IMG/VR virus record: IMGVR_UViG_3300044557_000107
Span: 32,001 to 96,000 of that record
Source of the DNA: a virus
Lineage: Duplodnaviria > Caudoviricetes
Direction: 5' to 3' (one strand)
DNA length: 64,000 nucleotides
The notes beneath the pieces are model-generated. The model was not told the origin of the DNA and did no database searches. It worked only from the letters and a program-made list of their open reading frames with translations. Below are positions 1-8,694 of the stretch, in pieces (the first letter of the stretch is position 1; each line of letters begins with the position of its first letter). Made by a program: the position numbers and the translations under genes.

Positions 1-352
1 ATTTAGATTGATGCTTTTTTAGAGCTACTCGTTGTACATTAGATTGAAATTGACGTTTTTTAAAGTTAGCTTGTACCCAGAAATTATCCCCGATGATCCG
101 ATAGTAGACAAATAGTTTTCCCCAGTATCTTTGCGAGTATTTAAAATAATAGGTTACATCCATACCTTGCTTAACATACTTGGTATGATACTCCTCTAAA
201 TAAACTAAGTCTTCTGGTAGTCCAATATCCCTTCCAATTTTACGAGCAATAAACTTAGGAAAATGATCAACTTCTTCTGAGGTTAGACCGAGATACTCAT
301 AAGTCTTATCTAAGTAGTAGTAACCCCATGGGTTCTTATATCCAATAAACAT
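1..352 (-). CDS. Hypothetical phage protein, partial (runs off window start)
   Basis: ATG at 352 overlaps the TAA of the upstream ORF (TAATG). Manual translation MFIGYKNPWGYYY...RVALKKHQSK stays open to base 1. Not in the ORF track. Confidence 0.7.
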   Translation of the reverse strand, partial: MFIGYKNPWGYYYLDKTYEYLGLTSEEVDHFPKFIARKIGRDIGLPEDLVYLEEYHTKYVKQGMDVTYYFKYSQRYWGKLFVYYRIIGDNFWVQANFKKRQFQSNVQRVALKKHQSK

Positions 353-960
353 TAAGGCAACACCTTGTATCTAATAATATTATGATCTGGATGAAAATCG
401 CCCCTGATGTACGCAGAGCAAATTACTAATGAAAGCTTCTTATGGTAGCTAATATATTTCATAAAAGATGCTTTCCTAGTCACCTTTAAGGTCTCCCCTA
501 GCTTCTTAGCCATTTCCTGTGCTATTTTCTTATATTCGTAGCTCCATAATAAATTATATCCATATTTAACTAAGTTACATTGAGAATTAACATGAGCTTC
601 CCGAATAACTCCTGGAAACAACTTACTATCTGTTTCCGTGTAGGCTACAATGCCGACCTGTGGGTATTGTTCAACAATCTCTGTAGCCTCATACAACATT
701 TCGTTATGAACTAAAATGTAGACTTTATAGCATACTTTCAGATAGTCTTTAATCTGATGATCTAGACGTTCCTTGCTATCATGCGCCGTTTTTATTTCAA
801 TGCCTATAATTCCCTCTGGGGTAAATATTAGACAGTCTGCACGAGTTCTATTAGTAATTTCCTTTTCAAAAACTGCTATAGAAGAACTAGCAGAATCTGT
901 AAACATATGCCCGCGATGCAGAATTAAATTCTTAACGTCAAGCTCATAAGCTTTGGGCAA
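352..960 (-). CDS. PD-(D/E)XK nuclease-like protein (Sce7726-like)
   Basis: Motif FEKEI...RADCL...GIEIKT..DS.ERL..Q...Y..V. Confidence 0.6.
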   Translation of the reverse strand: MPKAYELDVKNLILHRGHMFTDSASSSIAVFEKEITNRTRADCLIFTPEGIIGIEIKTAHDSKERLDHQIKDYLKVCYKVYILVHNEMLYEATEIVEQYPQVGIVAYTETDSKLFPGVIREAHVNSQCNLVKYGYNLLWSYEYKKIAQEMAKKLGETLKVTRKASFMKYISYHKKLSLVICSAYIRGDFHPDHNIIRYKVLP

Positions 961-1474
961 GATGATCCCTTAATTCTTCCAGCTTCATTGTAGGCTTTCC
1001 CCACCGAATGTTGTCTTCATTAACAAATACTCCAGTAGGTTCCCCTTTAATAAACCGATTGCGGATTACTTTATCAGGAGTATACTCTTTAAATCCTATG
1101 CAAGGCTTACCTGTAAAAGTATCTGTTCCTCGTTCTTGATAAGATATATACAGCGGTGGCTTAACTATTCTTTGACGTTGCCCCGTTTTCTTGTCGTCTT
1201 GATCGATTAAGCCGGCGGCAAGATTAGATAGGATAGTATGCCCAGAAAAGTGGGGAGCTTGTTTCTTAACCTCAATTGTTTTGTAGTCTTTAACCGGTAA
1301 TTTGGATCCTGATGTATTTGGCTTACTAGCATACACTAGGTAAGTCACTAACCCATCTGGGTATTCTACTTTGTCAATTATATACTGAGGCTCTTTATAC
1401 GACTTATCTCCTATGATATAAAGAACCCCTTCAGTGTATATGTTAACATCTATTTTATTAGATCTATCTTCCAT
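944..1474 (-). CDS. Hypothetical phage protein
   Basis: 176-aa ORF coupled to its neighbours. Confidence 0.6.
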   Translation of the reverse strand: MEDRSNKIDVNIYTEGVLYIIGDKSYKEPQYIIDKVEYPDGLVTYLVYASKPNTSGSKLPVKDYKTIEVKKQAPHFSGHTILSNLAAGLIDQDDKKTGQRQRIVKPPLYISYQERGTDTFTGKPCIGFKEYTPDKVIRNRFIKGEPTGVFVNEDNIRWGKPTMKLEELRDHLAQSL

Positions 1475-1486
1475 GATTAACCCAAC

Positions 1487-1849
1487 CTAGTCATTTTTTG
1501 AGTCCCCGTATTCATCTTTATTATTAGCAATTACTTTATTGGCGTGGTGTTTAATATAAGTACTTACAATTACTCGTACCACAAACTCACCTAGAACACT
1601 GAACAGAGAGGAACATAGAATAATTAAGCTTAAATAAAGCACTAATAATAACATGCTTGTGATAGAAATAAACGCAAATATTAAACTAAATACATAAATT
1701 CCGAGCACTCTACCTAATAATCTAGCTATAATAATCACCGGAGTACTAAAAACTAGTTTTTGGTGATACGTGTGACTATGATTTATAGCCGCCAACAACT
1801 GAAATAGATAAGTAAATACTGTGTAAACATATACTGGAATTAAAATCAT
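1487..1849 (-). CDS. Membrane protein
   Basis: About three hydrophobic segments; follows the metallophosphoesterase as in related phages. Confidence 0.6.
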   Translation of the reverse strand: MILIPVYVYTVFTYLFQLLAAINHSHTYHQKLVFSTPVIIIARLLGRVLGIYVFSLIFAFISITSMLLLVLYLSLIILCSSLFSVLGEFVVRVIVSTYIKHHANKVIANNKDEYGDSKND

Positions 1850-1864
1850 TTTAGGAACCCTCTT

Positions 1865-3124
1865 TTAGAGAAATACTGGTTGGAAAATAGGACTATCTAC
1901 ACGATCGTTTAGAACCATAATCATTTGGGAAGGTGCTGTATCTGGCATATTAAGTTCTTTTGAATAGTTATTAGCGCCCATTGGTGAACCGACATAAACA
2001 TTAAACCGCGAGTAATCTTCTTGAATAATACGTGTTGTATGAATATGCCCCATAATCAAATAATCAATACTATGATCTTTAATATGACTTGGAATCTTCA
2101 CATCATTAGCCTTTTTCTCTCGGTCCCCGTGTTCCACTAAAATATTCTTAACGCCAACTTGGTCTTCTAAATAATATATATCGTTTCGATTATCCATCAC
2201 AGTTACATTAGGAAGAAGCCCCATAGACTTAACTAGTAGTATTTGAGAAAGGGCGATATACATAGCACTATCATTGTATACTTGATCTTTCTTATTGCCG
2301 TTTAGACGATCATGATTACCACCTACGCACCCAAAAGTTACTTTCCCTAGTCCCCCTAAGCGGTTTAGAAATTCAATTAGTAATCGAATACCCTTAGCAA
2401 TTTGCTCCGCCATAGTAAACTCCGTATCAAAAGCCTGGTTTACATTTCGCATCGCAATATGCTCAATTAAGTCTCCAATATGGTAAACATGAATATCAGT
2501 CACATGCTGACTGATTACAGCATTTTTAACCTCTTCATAAAAAGTGTCTAAACGTTCTTTCAACAGCTTGTAGTCGTATCCTCCTGTTTCTACATTATCA
2601 ACAAGAGCCCCTACATGCCAGTCTGCTAAGCACACAATAATATGCTTTCGGTCGTCTACTTGAGTAACTTTTTCAGAAACATAGGTAGTCTTATTTAAAG
2701 ACTTAAGTTCTTTTAATAAGCTATCTTTAAGACTATCCATCAATAGCTCTAGTGTAGACCCATCTTTGATAGCTCGACGGTACTCACGAAGATAGTCTTG
2801 AGATAATTGATGTTGCTTATTATAGGTAGTTAAAATATCGTAAACTTCTGAATCATTATTTAGCTTGTGTGTCCCTGAATTAGGAAGATCCGCTAAAGAA
2901 ATTTTATCAGTATAAACTTCATCAAATAAATCATTATAATATTTAGTGTTCTGCTTGATCTTATCAAATAAATCATTATACCCTCTACGAGTAATATTTG
3001 TGTTTCCTAACGAACAATATATTTTATTAAAGTCACTTAAAGTTGCTTTACCTTTCTTTAATTGAAGATACGCAATAATTACTACTTTAGTTATTGTACT
3101 ATCAGATAAATTATATTTAGGCAT
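1865..3124 (-). CDS. Calcineurin-like metallophosphoesterase
   Basis: DWH, GDLIE, GNHDR, HGD and GHIH motifs. Confidence 0.8.
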   Translation of the reverse strand: MPKYNLSDSTITKVVIIAYLQLKKGKATLSDFNKIYCSLGNTNITRRGYNDLFDKIKQNTKYYNDLFDEVYTDKISLADLPNSGTHKLNNDSEVYDILTTYNKQHQLSQDYLREYRRAIKDGSTLELLMDSLKDSLLKELKSLNKTTYVSEKVTQVDDRKHIIVCLADWHVGALVDNVETGGYDYKLLKERLDTFYEEVKNAVISQHVTDIHVYHIGDLIEHIAMRNVNQAFDTEFTMAEQIAKGIRLLIEFLNRLGGLGKVTFGCVGGNHDRLNGNKKDQVYNDSAMYIALSQILLVKSMGLLPNVTVMDNRNDIYYLEDQVGVKNILVEHGDREKKANDVKIPSHIKDHSIDYLIMGHIHTTRIIQEDYSRFNVYVGSPMGANNYSKELNMPDTAPSQMIMVLNDRVDSPIFQPVFL

Positions 3125-3208
3125 AGTTAATCCCTTTCAAGTTTGATTAACCTCAGTATAACACACGGCAAATATAAAAAAGCCCAAATTACCCGCTTAG
3201 AAGGTAAT

Positions 3209-3877
3209 TTAGACAAATTTATCCAAAATAGTTGTATATTTTTCGATATCAGAATCGTAAACAGGACAACTATAAATTCCAGTGTAGTCCTCATAATACT
3301 TATCAAGTTTGGTTGCAAAATAAGTATCTGAAGTAACTATAAAGACATTAGATTGACTTCGCATTAAAATTAAAATATTAGGATTACTTCGAAGTAGCTT
3401 TATATAGGGCATTGTAGTATTACCATACATGAGTTCCTTATTAAATTTTGAAATATTCACTCGATGATTATAGTTATACATAAAATGCTTATTATTATTA
3501 TGCATTCCTTGCCTTATAAAATCATAATATTTAGTAAGATCCCCCTTAATATATCCAAGGTTCTCTTGAAGCATATAGCTTGCTTGAATAAGTAAACTAG
3601 CCTCTGAAGCATCTGAAACGTCTTTAACATAGTATCCTTGATCTAAGCAAGCAATAATATTGTTAGTAGTATCTAGGGTAAACTTCTTTAGCATAATATT
3701 CTTATCGGGAGTATCTGAGTGTAAATCAAAGTATCCTAAAGAATCTTCTTGAAGATCATTGTAATCCCCTAATTCAATGTCTGATGAGTTATATGAAAAC
3801 ACCACAGGATATTCATTTTCAAGCGCATAGTTAAGTAAATAATTATACGAGTTAGGTTTTATAACAAACTTTGGCAT
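3209..3877 (-). CDS. Hypothetical phage protein
   Basis: 222-aa ORF in operon orientation. Confidence 0.6.
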   Translation of the reverse strand: MPKFVIKPNSYNYLLNYALENEYPVVFSYNSSDIELGDYNDLQEDSLGYFDLHSDTPDKNIMLKKFTLDTTNNIIACLDQGYYVKDVSDASEASLLIQASYMLQENLGYIKGDLTKYYDFIRQGMHNNNKHFMYNYNHRVNISKFNKELMYGNTTMPYIKLLRSNPNILILMRSQSNVFIVTSDTYFATKLDKYYEDYTGIYSCPVYDSDIEKYTTILDKFV

Positions 3878-3881
3878 ATTT

Positions 3882-4103
3882 TTAGTTCTCCTCTCTATAA
3901 CCGTCTAAATCAAAGCCTCTAAATATATCATTTAGCGTTGGTTTAGATGGCTTCGAAACGCGGAGAAGTAACTCATGATTTTTGACGATAACTTCGAGTT
4001 CTTGACCAAGCGAATCTCCTATACCGATTTGATTCAAAATCGTTTTAGGAATTCGAACTCCTTGAGAATTACCAATTTTAACAACTTTCAGTGTTTGAGA
4101 CAT
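3882..4103 (-). CDS. AbrB/MazE-family DNA-binding protein (orphan antitoxin-like, short C-terminus)
   Basis: KIGNSQGVRIPKTIL swapped-hairpin signature. Likely start MSQTLK at 4103 after GGAGAAAGG. No adjacent toxin. Confidence 0.8.
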   Translation of the reverse strand: MSQTLKVVKIGNSQGVRIPKTILNQIGIGDSLGQELEVIVKNHELLLRVSKPSKPTLNDIFRGFDLDGYREEN

Positions 4104-4143
4104 CCTTTCTCCACTTCCTTCCATCTAAACATCTCTATTAATT

Positions 4144-4172
4144 ATAATAGACTATTTTAATTAATAAGTCAA
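4144..4172 (-). promoter_or_regulatory. Sigma-A-like promoter for the mazE-like gene cluster
   Basis: TTGACT-17-TATTAT on the minus strand. Confidence 0.65.
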
Positions 4173-4174
4173 GC

Positions 4175-4205
4175 AAAAAAAGAACCCCATAAATTGGAGT
4201 TCTTT
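4175..4205 (-). terminator. Rho-independent terminator
   Basis: AGAACTCC-loop-GGGGTTCT followed by a T run, directly after the frameshift-extension stop. Confidence 0.75.
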
Positions 4206-4218
4206 AGAGTATTTCTTA

Positions 4219-4415
4219 TTATCCTGCTACAGTCGTAGTAGTAGTAGTTGGAGCTACAGTCGTAGTGGTAGTCGTCGGCGCCACAGTCGTTGTGGACGTA
4301 GTAGGCGCTACGGTTGTAGTCGTGGTTGTCGGACTAACTGTGGTAGTCGTCGTTAGGGGTTTACCGTGGTTGTGGTAGTCGTGGTTGGTGCTACTGTAGT
4401 CGTAGTAGTTGTGGT
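4219..4415 (-). repeat. Coding tandem repeat, ~27-nt unit, encoding TTTTTTV(A/S/N)P
   Basis: Two units before the TAA at 4353 and five units after it in the -1 frame, with mixed Thr codons. Confidence 0.85.
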
Positions 4416-4853
4416 ATCCTTATCATTAGTAATACTATCTACTAATTCTGGCGCGTCATTAACGAAGACTTCATAATCACCGTAGTTAAAGGCCCCATCT
4501 ACATACGCTAAGAACCCTTTAACAATTTCAAGTTCCTCTGTTGAAGTACTTGCAATAGTCTTTTTAGCAATCCCAGGTTGATCAATAGGAAACTTTATTT
4601 CGTTATCGACATAGTATAAATGGTCAGATCCATCAGTATACACTACAGGAAGTGCATCGCTAACTAGTCCTCCAGCGGACTCACTAACTTTCATTGGAAA
4701 TACTGAATATCCTACATCTTTTTCAACCTTATAAATGTGATTTCCTGCGTAAATATTGTTCATCCCGTCGCTATCGGAAACAACAAAGAAATATTTATTT
4801 TCAATATCTGGTTTAGCTTGATTTACTAAACTTTTAATTGTAGTTGTTGCCAT
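4353..4853 (-). CDS. Late virion-associated protein; probable -1 frameshift extends it to 4219
   Basis: Late-promoter motif upstream; syntenic with the Ig-like/decoration gene after the sigma factor in Twort-like phages; A_AAC_CCC_TAA at the end. Confidence 0.65.
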   Translation of the reverse strand: MATTTIKSLVNQAKPDIENKYFFVVSDSDGMNNIYAGNHIYKVEKDVGYSVFPMKVSESAGGLVSDALPVVYTDGSDHLYYVDNEIKFPIDQPGIAKKTIASTSTEELEIVKGFLAYVDGAFNYGDYEVFVNDAPELVDSITNDKDTTTTTTTVAPTTTTTTTVNP

Positions 4854-4892
4854 TATTATTCCTACTTTCTTTATTCATTTGCTTTTCAGAAT

Positions 4893-4900
4893 TAATATAG
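4893..4900 (-). promoter_or_regulatory. Putative late promoter CTATATTA
   Basis: Same motif with downstream TTCTGAAA as in front of the capsid and protease genes. Confidence 0.65.
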
Positions 4901-4918
4901 GTGGCAACTTTTAGGACA

Positions 4919-5536
4919 TCAGAACAAGAAATTGACGTTCAAAAGAGTATTAGCAACATGGTTATAGGAGTTTTTAAATTCTTCTGCGGTATAGGAATCC
5001 TTAGTAGTATTATGGTTTTTAACTAAGCTCTTTATTCTAGTGAAATTAGACGTTTGATAATGAACCATAAAGTAGCCAATATTAAAACATAACTCCGAGG
5101 CATCCTGCTTGAGCAGTACCCCTGCTAGCTTTTCCCATACCGCATCTTTAACGCTGTCATCTTCTATCTCAAAGTAGTCTTTAGGATCTTCTAAATCAGA
5201 GAATACAAGGTCTGATGAATTACCCTCCGCAGTTTCATTTTTAATATCACGAGATCTTCGGGAAAGATGGGTTCCTAAAACTCGTTTTCCAAGTTTGTTG
5301 GCAATGTACCCGGGGAAGTCTATAGGTCCATTAATGTCGTACTCTTTGACTAGACGAACGAATTCAGTGTCAATGTATCCTTGTAAGTCATCATATCCCG
5401 CGTCATCGTAACTTTGACTAGATGTTGTGTATCCTCTAGTGTTATCCTTAAGAAACTTATACTTGTTCTTAGAAGCAATAGATTCTCGCAAAGGCTTGTA
5501 TTGCTGATAAAGAAACGCTATGTCCCGATTAAACAC
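4919..5536 (-). CDS. Phage RNA polymerase sigma factor
   Basis: RDI..LY..Y..LR and FVRLVKEYD....DFPGYI; synteny after recA. Confidence 0.75.
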   Translation of the reverse strand: MFNRDIAFLYQQYKPLRESIASKNKYKFLKDNTRGYTTSSQSYDDAGYDDLQGYIDTEFVRLVKEYDINGPIDFPGYIANKLGKRVLGTHLSRRSRDIKNETAEGNSSDLVFSDLEDPKDYFEIEDDSVKDAVWEKLAGVLLKQDASELCFNIGYFMVHYQTSNFTRIKSLVKNHNTTKDSYTAEEFKNSYNHVANTLLNVNFLF

Positions 5537-5813
5537 TAGGCAATTCCTTCTTTACAATTATTTTTGCAGACTTCCCTGAGTTCGTAGCTACTAAGTCTGC
5601 ATATAATAATGTAGCCGGAATATTAATATATCCCAGATCATCACTATACTGGCTAGAATGCCCTTTTGCAAAATATGGTCCTACATAGTCAATAGTAATA
5701 ACTCTAATATCAGGTGAACGAGTGTCCATGTTATTAATCATAAGTTCTGTATGGTTTAACTTGTAACTTATAAACTTTTTAATTAGGTCTTCGTATTTAG
5801 GCATCGTCTTCAC
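5529..5813 (-). CDS. Conserved hypothetical protein between recA and sigma factor
   Basis: Overlaps both neighbours; synteny. Confidence 0.6.
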   Translation of the reverse strand: MKTMPKYEDLIKKFISYKLNHTELMINNMDTRSPDIRVITIDYVGPYFAKGHSSQYSDDLGYINIPATLLYADLVATNSGKSAKIIVKKELPSV

Positions 5814-7023
5814 CTGATTTATCTACATTTTTTAATTGGTCGTAATGCTCTTTAACTCCTTGCATATCTTCCCATTTAGTTACATCAACGGTTTCATTTT
5901 GGAGTGGTTTAAATCCTTCGGGGAAGTAAATATATAGAATTCGTTGAAATAACTCTTTGCGTAACTCTTTACCTTCAGGACTCTTTAGAAAAGTAATGAA
6001 TTTGTTTTCTCCACTAACCCCTTCACTAGTAGCAAAGCTATACTCTTTTCCACTCAAGCTAGTATACTTACGATATTTACCTACGGTAGTAATAAGTCCT
6101 TGATTATGAGCTTCCATATAAATATTGTATTCATAATCTAATCCATCAACTTTAACTGCTTCTTCATCTGGCTTGTCTGGTTCCATACTCATACCAGCCA
6201 TTAAATAAGCTTCTTGCTTACGATGTGGACGACTTTGCTTAGACTTGTCTGTTATCATTCGAAGAACATGACCACCATATTCATTATTGTTGTCTTTAAC
6301 AACTTTCCCTTTGCGAAGTTCTAATCGTAAGCTACAGAAATGCTTAAGAGCTTCTCCACCGGGGTGGGTATACTTTGCATCAAATTTATTTATCATATTT
6401 TGGTTGGCTCGAACTTGATTAATAAAAATTAAGGCAATGTTAGCTTCACCTAAAATAGACTTTGTTTTCTTTACTAATTTAGTTACCGCAGAAGCTCCAC
6501 GTCCCCGCTGGCCTTCCTGATCGTATTCAATCTCTCCCTCAGCCTTAGAAAGAGTTCCCCCTACAGAATCCCAAATAATAACTACAGGGGTCTTCTGGAG
6601 TTCCTCAGTAGCCTTGTAGGCGTTGATGATATTTTCCATTGACTGACCGACACCTTCGATAGTCATATCGTCTTTTTCAGGCTGAGCTACAAAGGTCTTT
6701 GTAGTATCCACACCAAGTTCTTCCATACGATCTCGATCCGCCGTACCTTCTGTATCAATCCAATAAACAGTTACTCCTAAATGATTCAATACTTTAGTCA
6801 ATCCTATCATAAAAGTAGACTTTCCAACCTGTTCAGGAGCAAATATTTCAGTCATTCGGTTAAATGGAATTCCTCCACCTAACAGATAGTCATATTGAGG
6901 AATAAACGTAGGAACCATATCTTTAATGTGATTGAAATCTGCATCATTGACTTGAACAAAACCCAGCTTTTTAGCTAAATCTACAGTATTAACTTTTTCA
7001 TCTGTTTTCTTTGCACGTGGCAT
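5797..7023 (-). CDS. recA: RecA/UvsX-like recombinase
   Basis: LGGGIP, Walker A APEQVGKST, IDTEG, IIWDSV, FINQVR and PGGEALK motifs. Confidence 0.93.
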   Translation of the reverse strand: MPRAKKTDEKVNTVDLAKKLGFVQVNDADFNHIKDMVPTFIPQYDYLLGGGIPFNRMTEIFAPEQVGKSTFMIGLTKVLNHLGVTVYWIDTEGTADRDRMEELGVDTTKTFVAQPEKDDMTIEGVGQSMENIINAYKATEELQKTPVVIIWDSVGGTLSKAEGEIEYDQEGQRGRGASAVTKLVKKTKSILGEANIALIFINQVRANQNMINKFDAKYTHPGGEALKHFCSLRLELRKGKVVKDNNNEYGGHVLRMITDKSKQSRPHRKQEAYLMAGMSMEPDKPDEEAVKVDGLDYEYNIYMEAHNQGLITTVGKYRKYTSLSGKEYSFATSEGVSGENKFITFLKSPEGKELRKELFQRILYIYFPEGFKPLQNETVDVTKWEDMQGVKEHYDQLKNVDKSGEDDA

Positions 7024-7043
7024 GTTATAGCTCCTTAATTATT

Positions 7044-7075
7044 AAAAAGGTAAGCTAAATATTTAGCTTACCTTT
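7044..7075 (-). terminator. Perfect palindrome / terminator-like hairpin in the recA leader
   Basis: AAAGGTAAGCTAAATATTTAGCTTACCTTT plus T run. Confidence 0.6.
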
Positions 7076-7091
7076 AACTTTATTTAATTTA

Positions 7092-7102
7092 ATTATACCA
7101 CA
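7092..7102 (-). promoter_or_regulatory. Extended -10 promoter upstream of recA
   Basis: TGTGG-TATAAT. Confidence 0.5.
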
Positions 7103-7136
7103 CGACTATATTTGAATGAGGCTAATTACTAGAACG

Positions 7137-7317
7137 ATGAACTACACCATGTTTAAAAACACGGGTTTTTAGGAACGCTGCATGCTTGGGTACCCTAAAG
7201 TACCTAGAGGTTACAGTTATTTACTAAGGGTCGTTCCGACCCAGTTTACTTAAATACCTTTAAGTAACTTATTAAGATACTTGGTTTTCGCATCTAAAGT
7301 TACCTAAGTTCTTTATG
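7137..7317 (-). ncRNA. Putative TnpB omegaRNA A; guide CGUUCUAGUAAUUAGCC...
   Basis: Scaffold homologous to 43967-44081; internal promoter TTACGT(7352-7347)-17-TATACT(7329-7324). Confidence 0.65.
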
Positions 7318-7451
7318 GTTCTTAGTATACCACTAGTTGATTCATCACGTAACTAAAGTAACGTGTTTTATCAACTTTTATTTATAAAATACAATGGCGG
7401 TCATCTAAGATGTTGATTCATCTCGGCATTGAAATACCGAGCTTTCTCAAT
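7137..7451 (-). mobile_element. Composite non-autonomous IS200/IS605 derivative, copy A (outer left end of tnpB-element type + inner ~247-bp mini-element 7137-7383)
   Basis: 7388-7450 nearly matches 42716-42780; 7137-7383 matches copies B and C; ends in GTAGTTCAT like the tnpB element. Confidence 0.88.
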
Positions 7452-8629
7452 TAGAACGGTAAATCATCTTCTGAGATATCAATTGTTTGACCATTATTTG
7501 CGAAAGGATCCGCAGAAGTCTCCAAAGATTCTTTATTCGGTGTGTTATTAGCAACTGGATTAGCTGTAGGCGTATTATCCTTTTCACTTACGGTAGTAAA
7601 CCCGAGACTCGCTGGGCTAGGAGCAACACCCGCAGGAGTTGTATTAGGATTACTATTAGGAATTCCAGTGTTATCTTGAGCAGACACACTCCATGGAGTT
7701 TGTGGGTTTTCTGTAGGATTCCCTTGACTATTTACCGCAGGCGATACAGTTTCCTGAGCATATGGATTTTGCTGATTTGCCATAGGTGGCGTATTAACAT
7801 ACCCTTGGAAGGTAGTCGTTGACGTAGTAACTAATCCCAAAGCTTCATCCATTTTATCAACTGCCCAGCTAACAACTTTAGGCTTGTATTGATAAGATGG
7901 TGTTGCTTGATAATCTAAATCTTCTAATGACTTTTCCCATCCAGCGTCTAATGGTGCCAGCATGTTAGAAGACTGCAAAGAAATGTTAGACTCAAAAATA
8001 TTATTTTTTCCCAGACTACCTGACATATGAACCGGGTATGCAATTAAAGGACTCATGAAACTCCAATCATCAGATCCTTGTACCCCGTATTGTTGAGACA
8101 TCTGTGAATAAAATTGATTACTTGTTGGATTATTTGCCGGGTTCTTTGCTAATGCTTCTAGTTGAGTGAACTGCGTCCAGCTCATACTAAGAACATATAC
8201 TTTATAATTCCCTTGTTCATCCCGAACTTCTTGGTACTGATTATCCTTAAATACTAAAGGAATTACGTTTAAAAGGAACTTAGTAGTGTATCCTCTACCT
8301 GAATTACCATCACGATTATATGGAGTCAAAATGCGTTTTCCCCATCGTGGAATAGCTTGATTTAAAGGATCTTGAGGATCATTCTGAGAAGATGACTGAA
8401 ATACCATACTGCTACGTCCTTTACTAGTATCTAATACCATAGATACTGTTCGGAAATCTTTATAAAAGGTGTTTCCAGTAGGAAGAATACGTACATAGAA
8501 ATCCGGAGTTTTGCGTCCTAGCTTTACTAACCCATTTTTAAGTTTTGTATAAGGCTCTACAATATCATCATTACCTTGTTGTTCGCCATAGGCTTGTGTG
8601 AAACCACTTAATGCTTCTGATAATCCCAT
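7451..8629 (-). CDS. ssb: Single-stranded DNA-binding protein with host-like acidic tip (ISEDDLPF)
   Basis: Synteny before recA; VRILP motif; P/N/Q-rich linker; DDLPF C-terminus. Confidence 0.75.
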   Translation of the reverse strand: MGLSEALSGFTQAYGEQQGNDDIVEPYTKLKNGLVKLGRKTPDFYVRILPTGNTFYKDFRTVSMVLDTSKGRSSMVFQSSSQNDPQDPLNQAIPRWGKRILTPYNRDGNSGRGYTTKFLLNVIPLVFKDNQYQEVRDEQGNYKVYVLSMSWTQFTQLEALAKNPANNPTSNQFYSQMSQQYGVQGSDDWSFMSPLIAYPVHMSGSLGKNNIFESNISLQSSNMLAPLDAGWEKSLEDLDYQATPSYQYKPKVVSWAVDKMDEALGLVTTSTTTFQGYVNTPPMANQQNPYAQETVSPAVNSQGNPTENPQTPWSVSAQDNTGIPNSNPNTTPAGVAPSPASLGFTTVSEKDNTPTANPVANNTPNKESLETSADPFANNGQTIDISEDDLPF

Positions 8630-8663
8630 ATGATTACCCCTTTTCTTTCAATTTACAGTGTTA

Positions 8664-8692
8664 ATTGTAGCACACGATTGATAAAATGGCAA
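8664..8692 (-). promoter_or_regulatory. Sigma-A-like promoter for ssb
   Basis: TTGCCA-17-TACAAT with extended TG. Confidence 0.6.
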
Positions 8693-8694
8693 CC

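Noticed and set aside
7452-7462. Self-targeting of ssb by guide A
   Set aside because: Only 7 nt match next to TTAC, probably too short for cleavage; not tested
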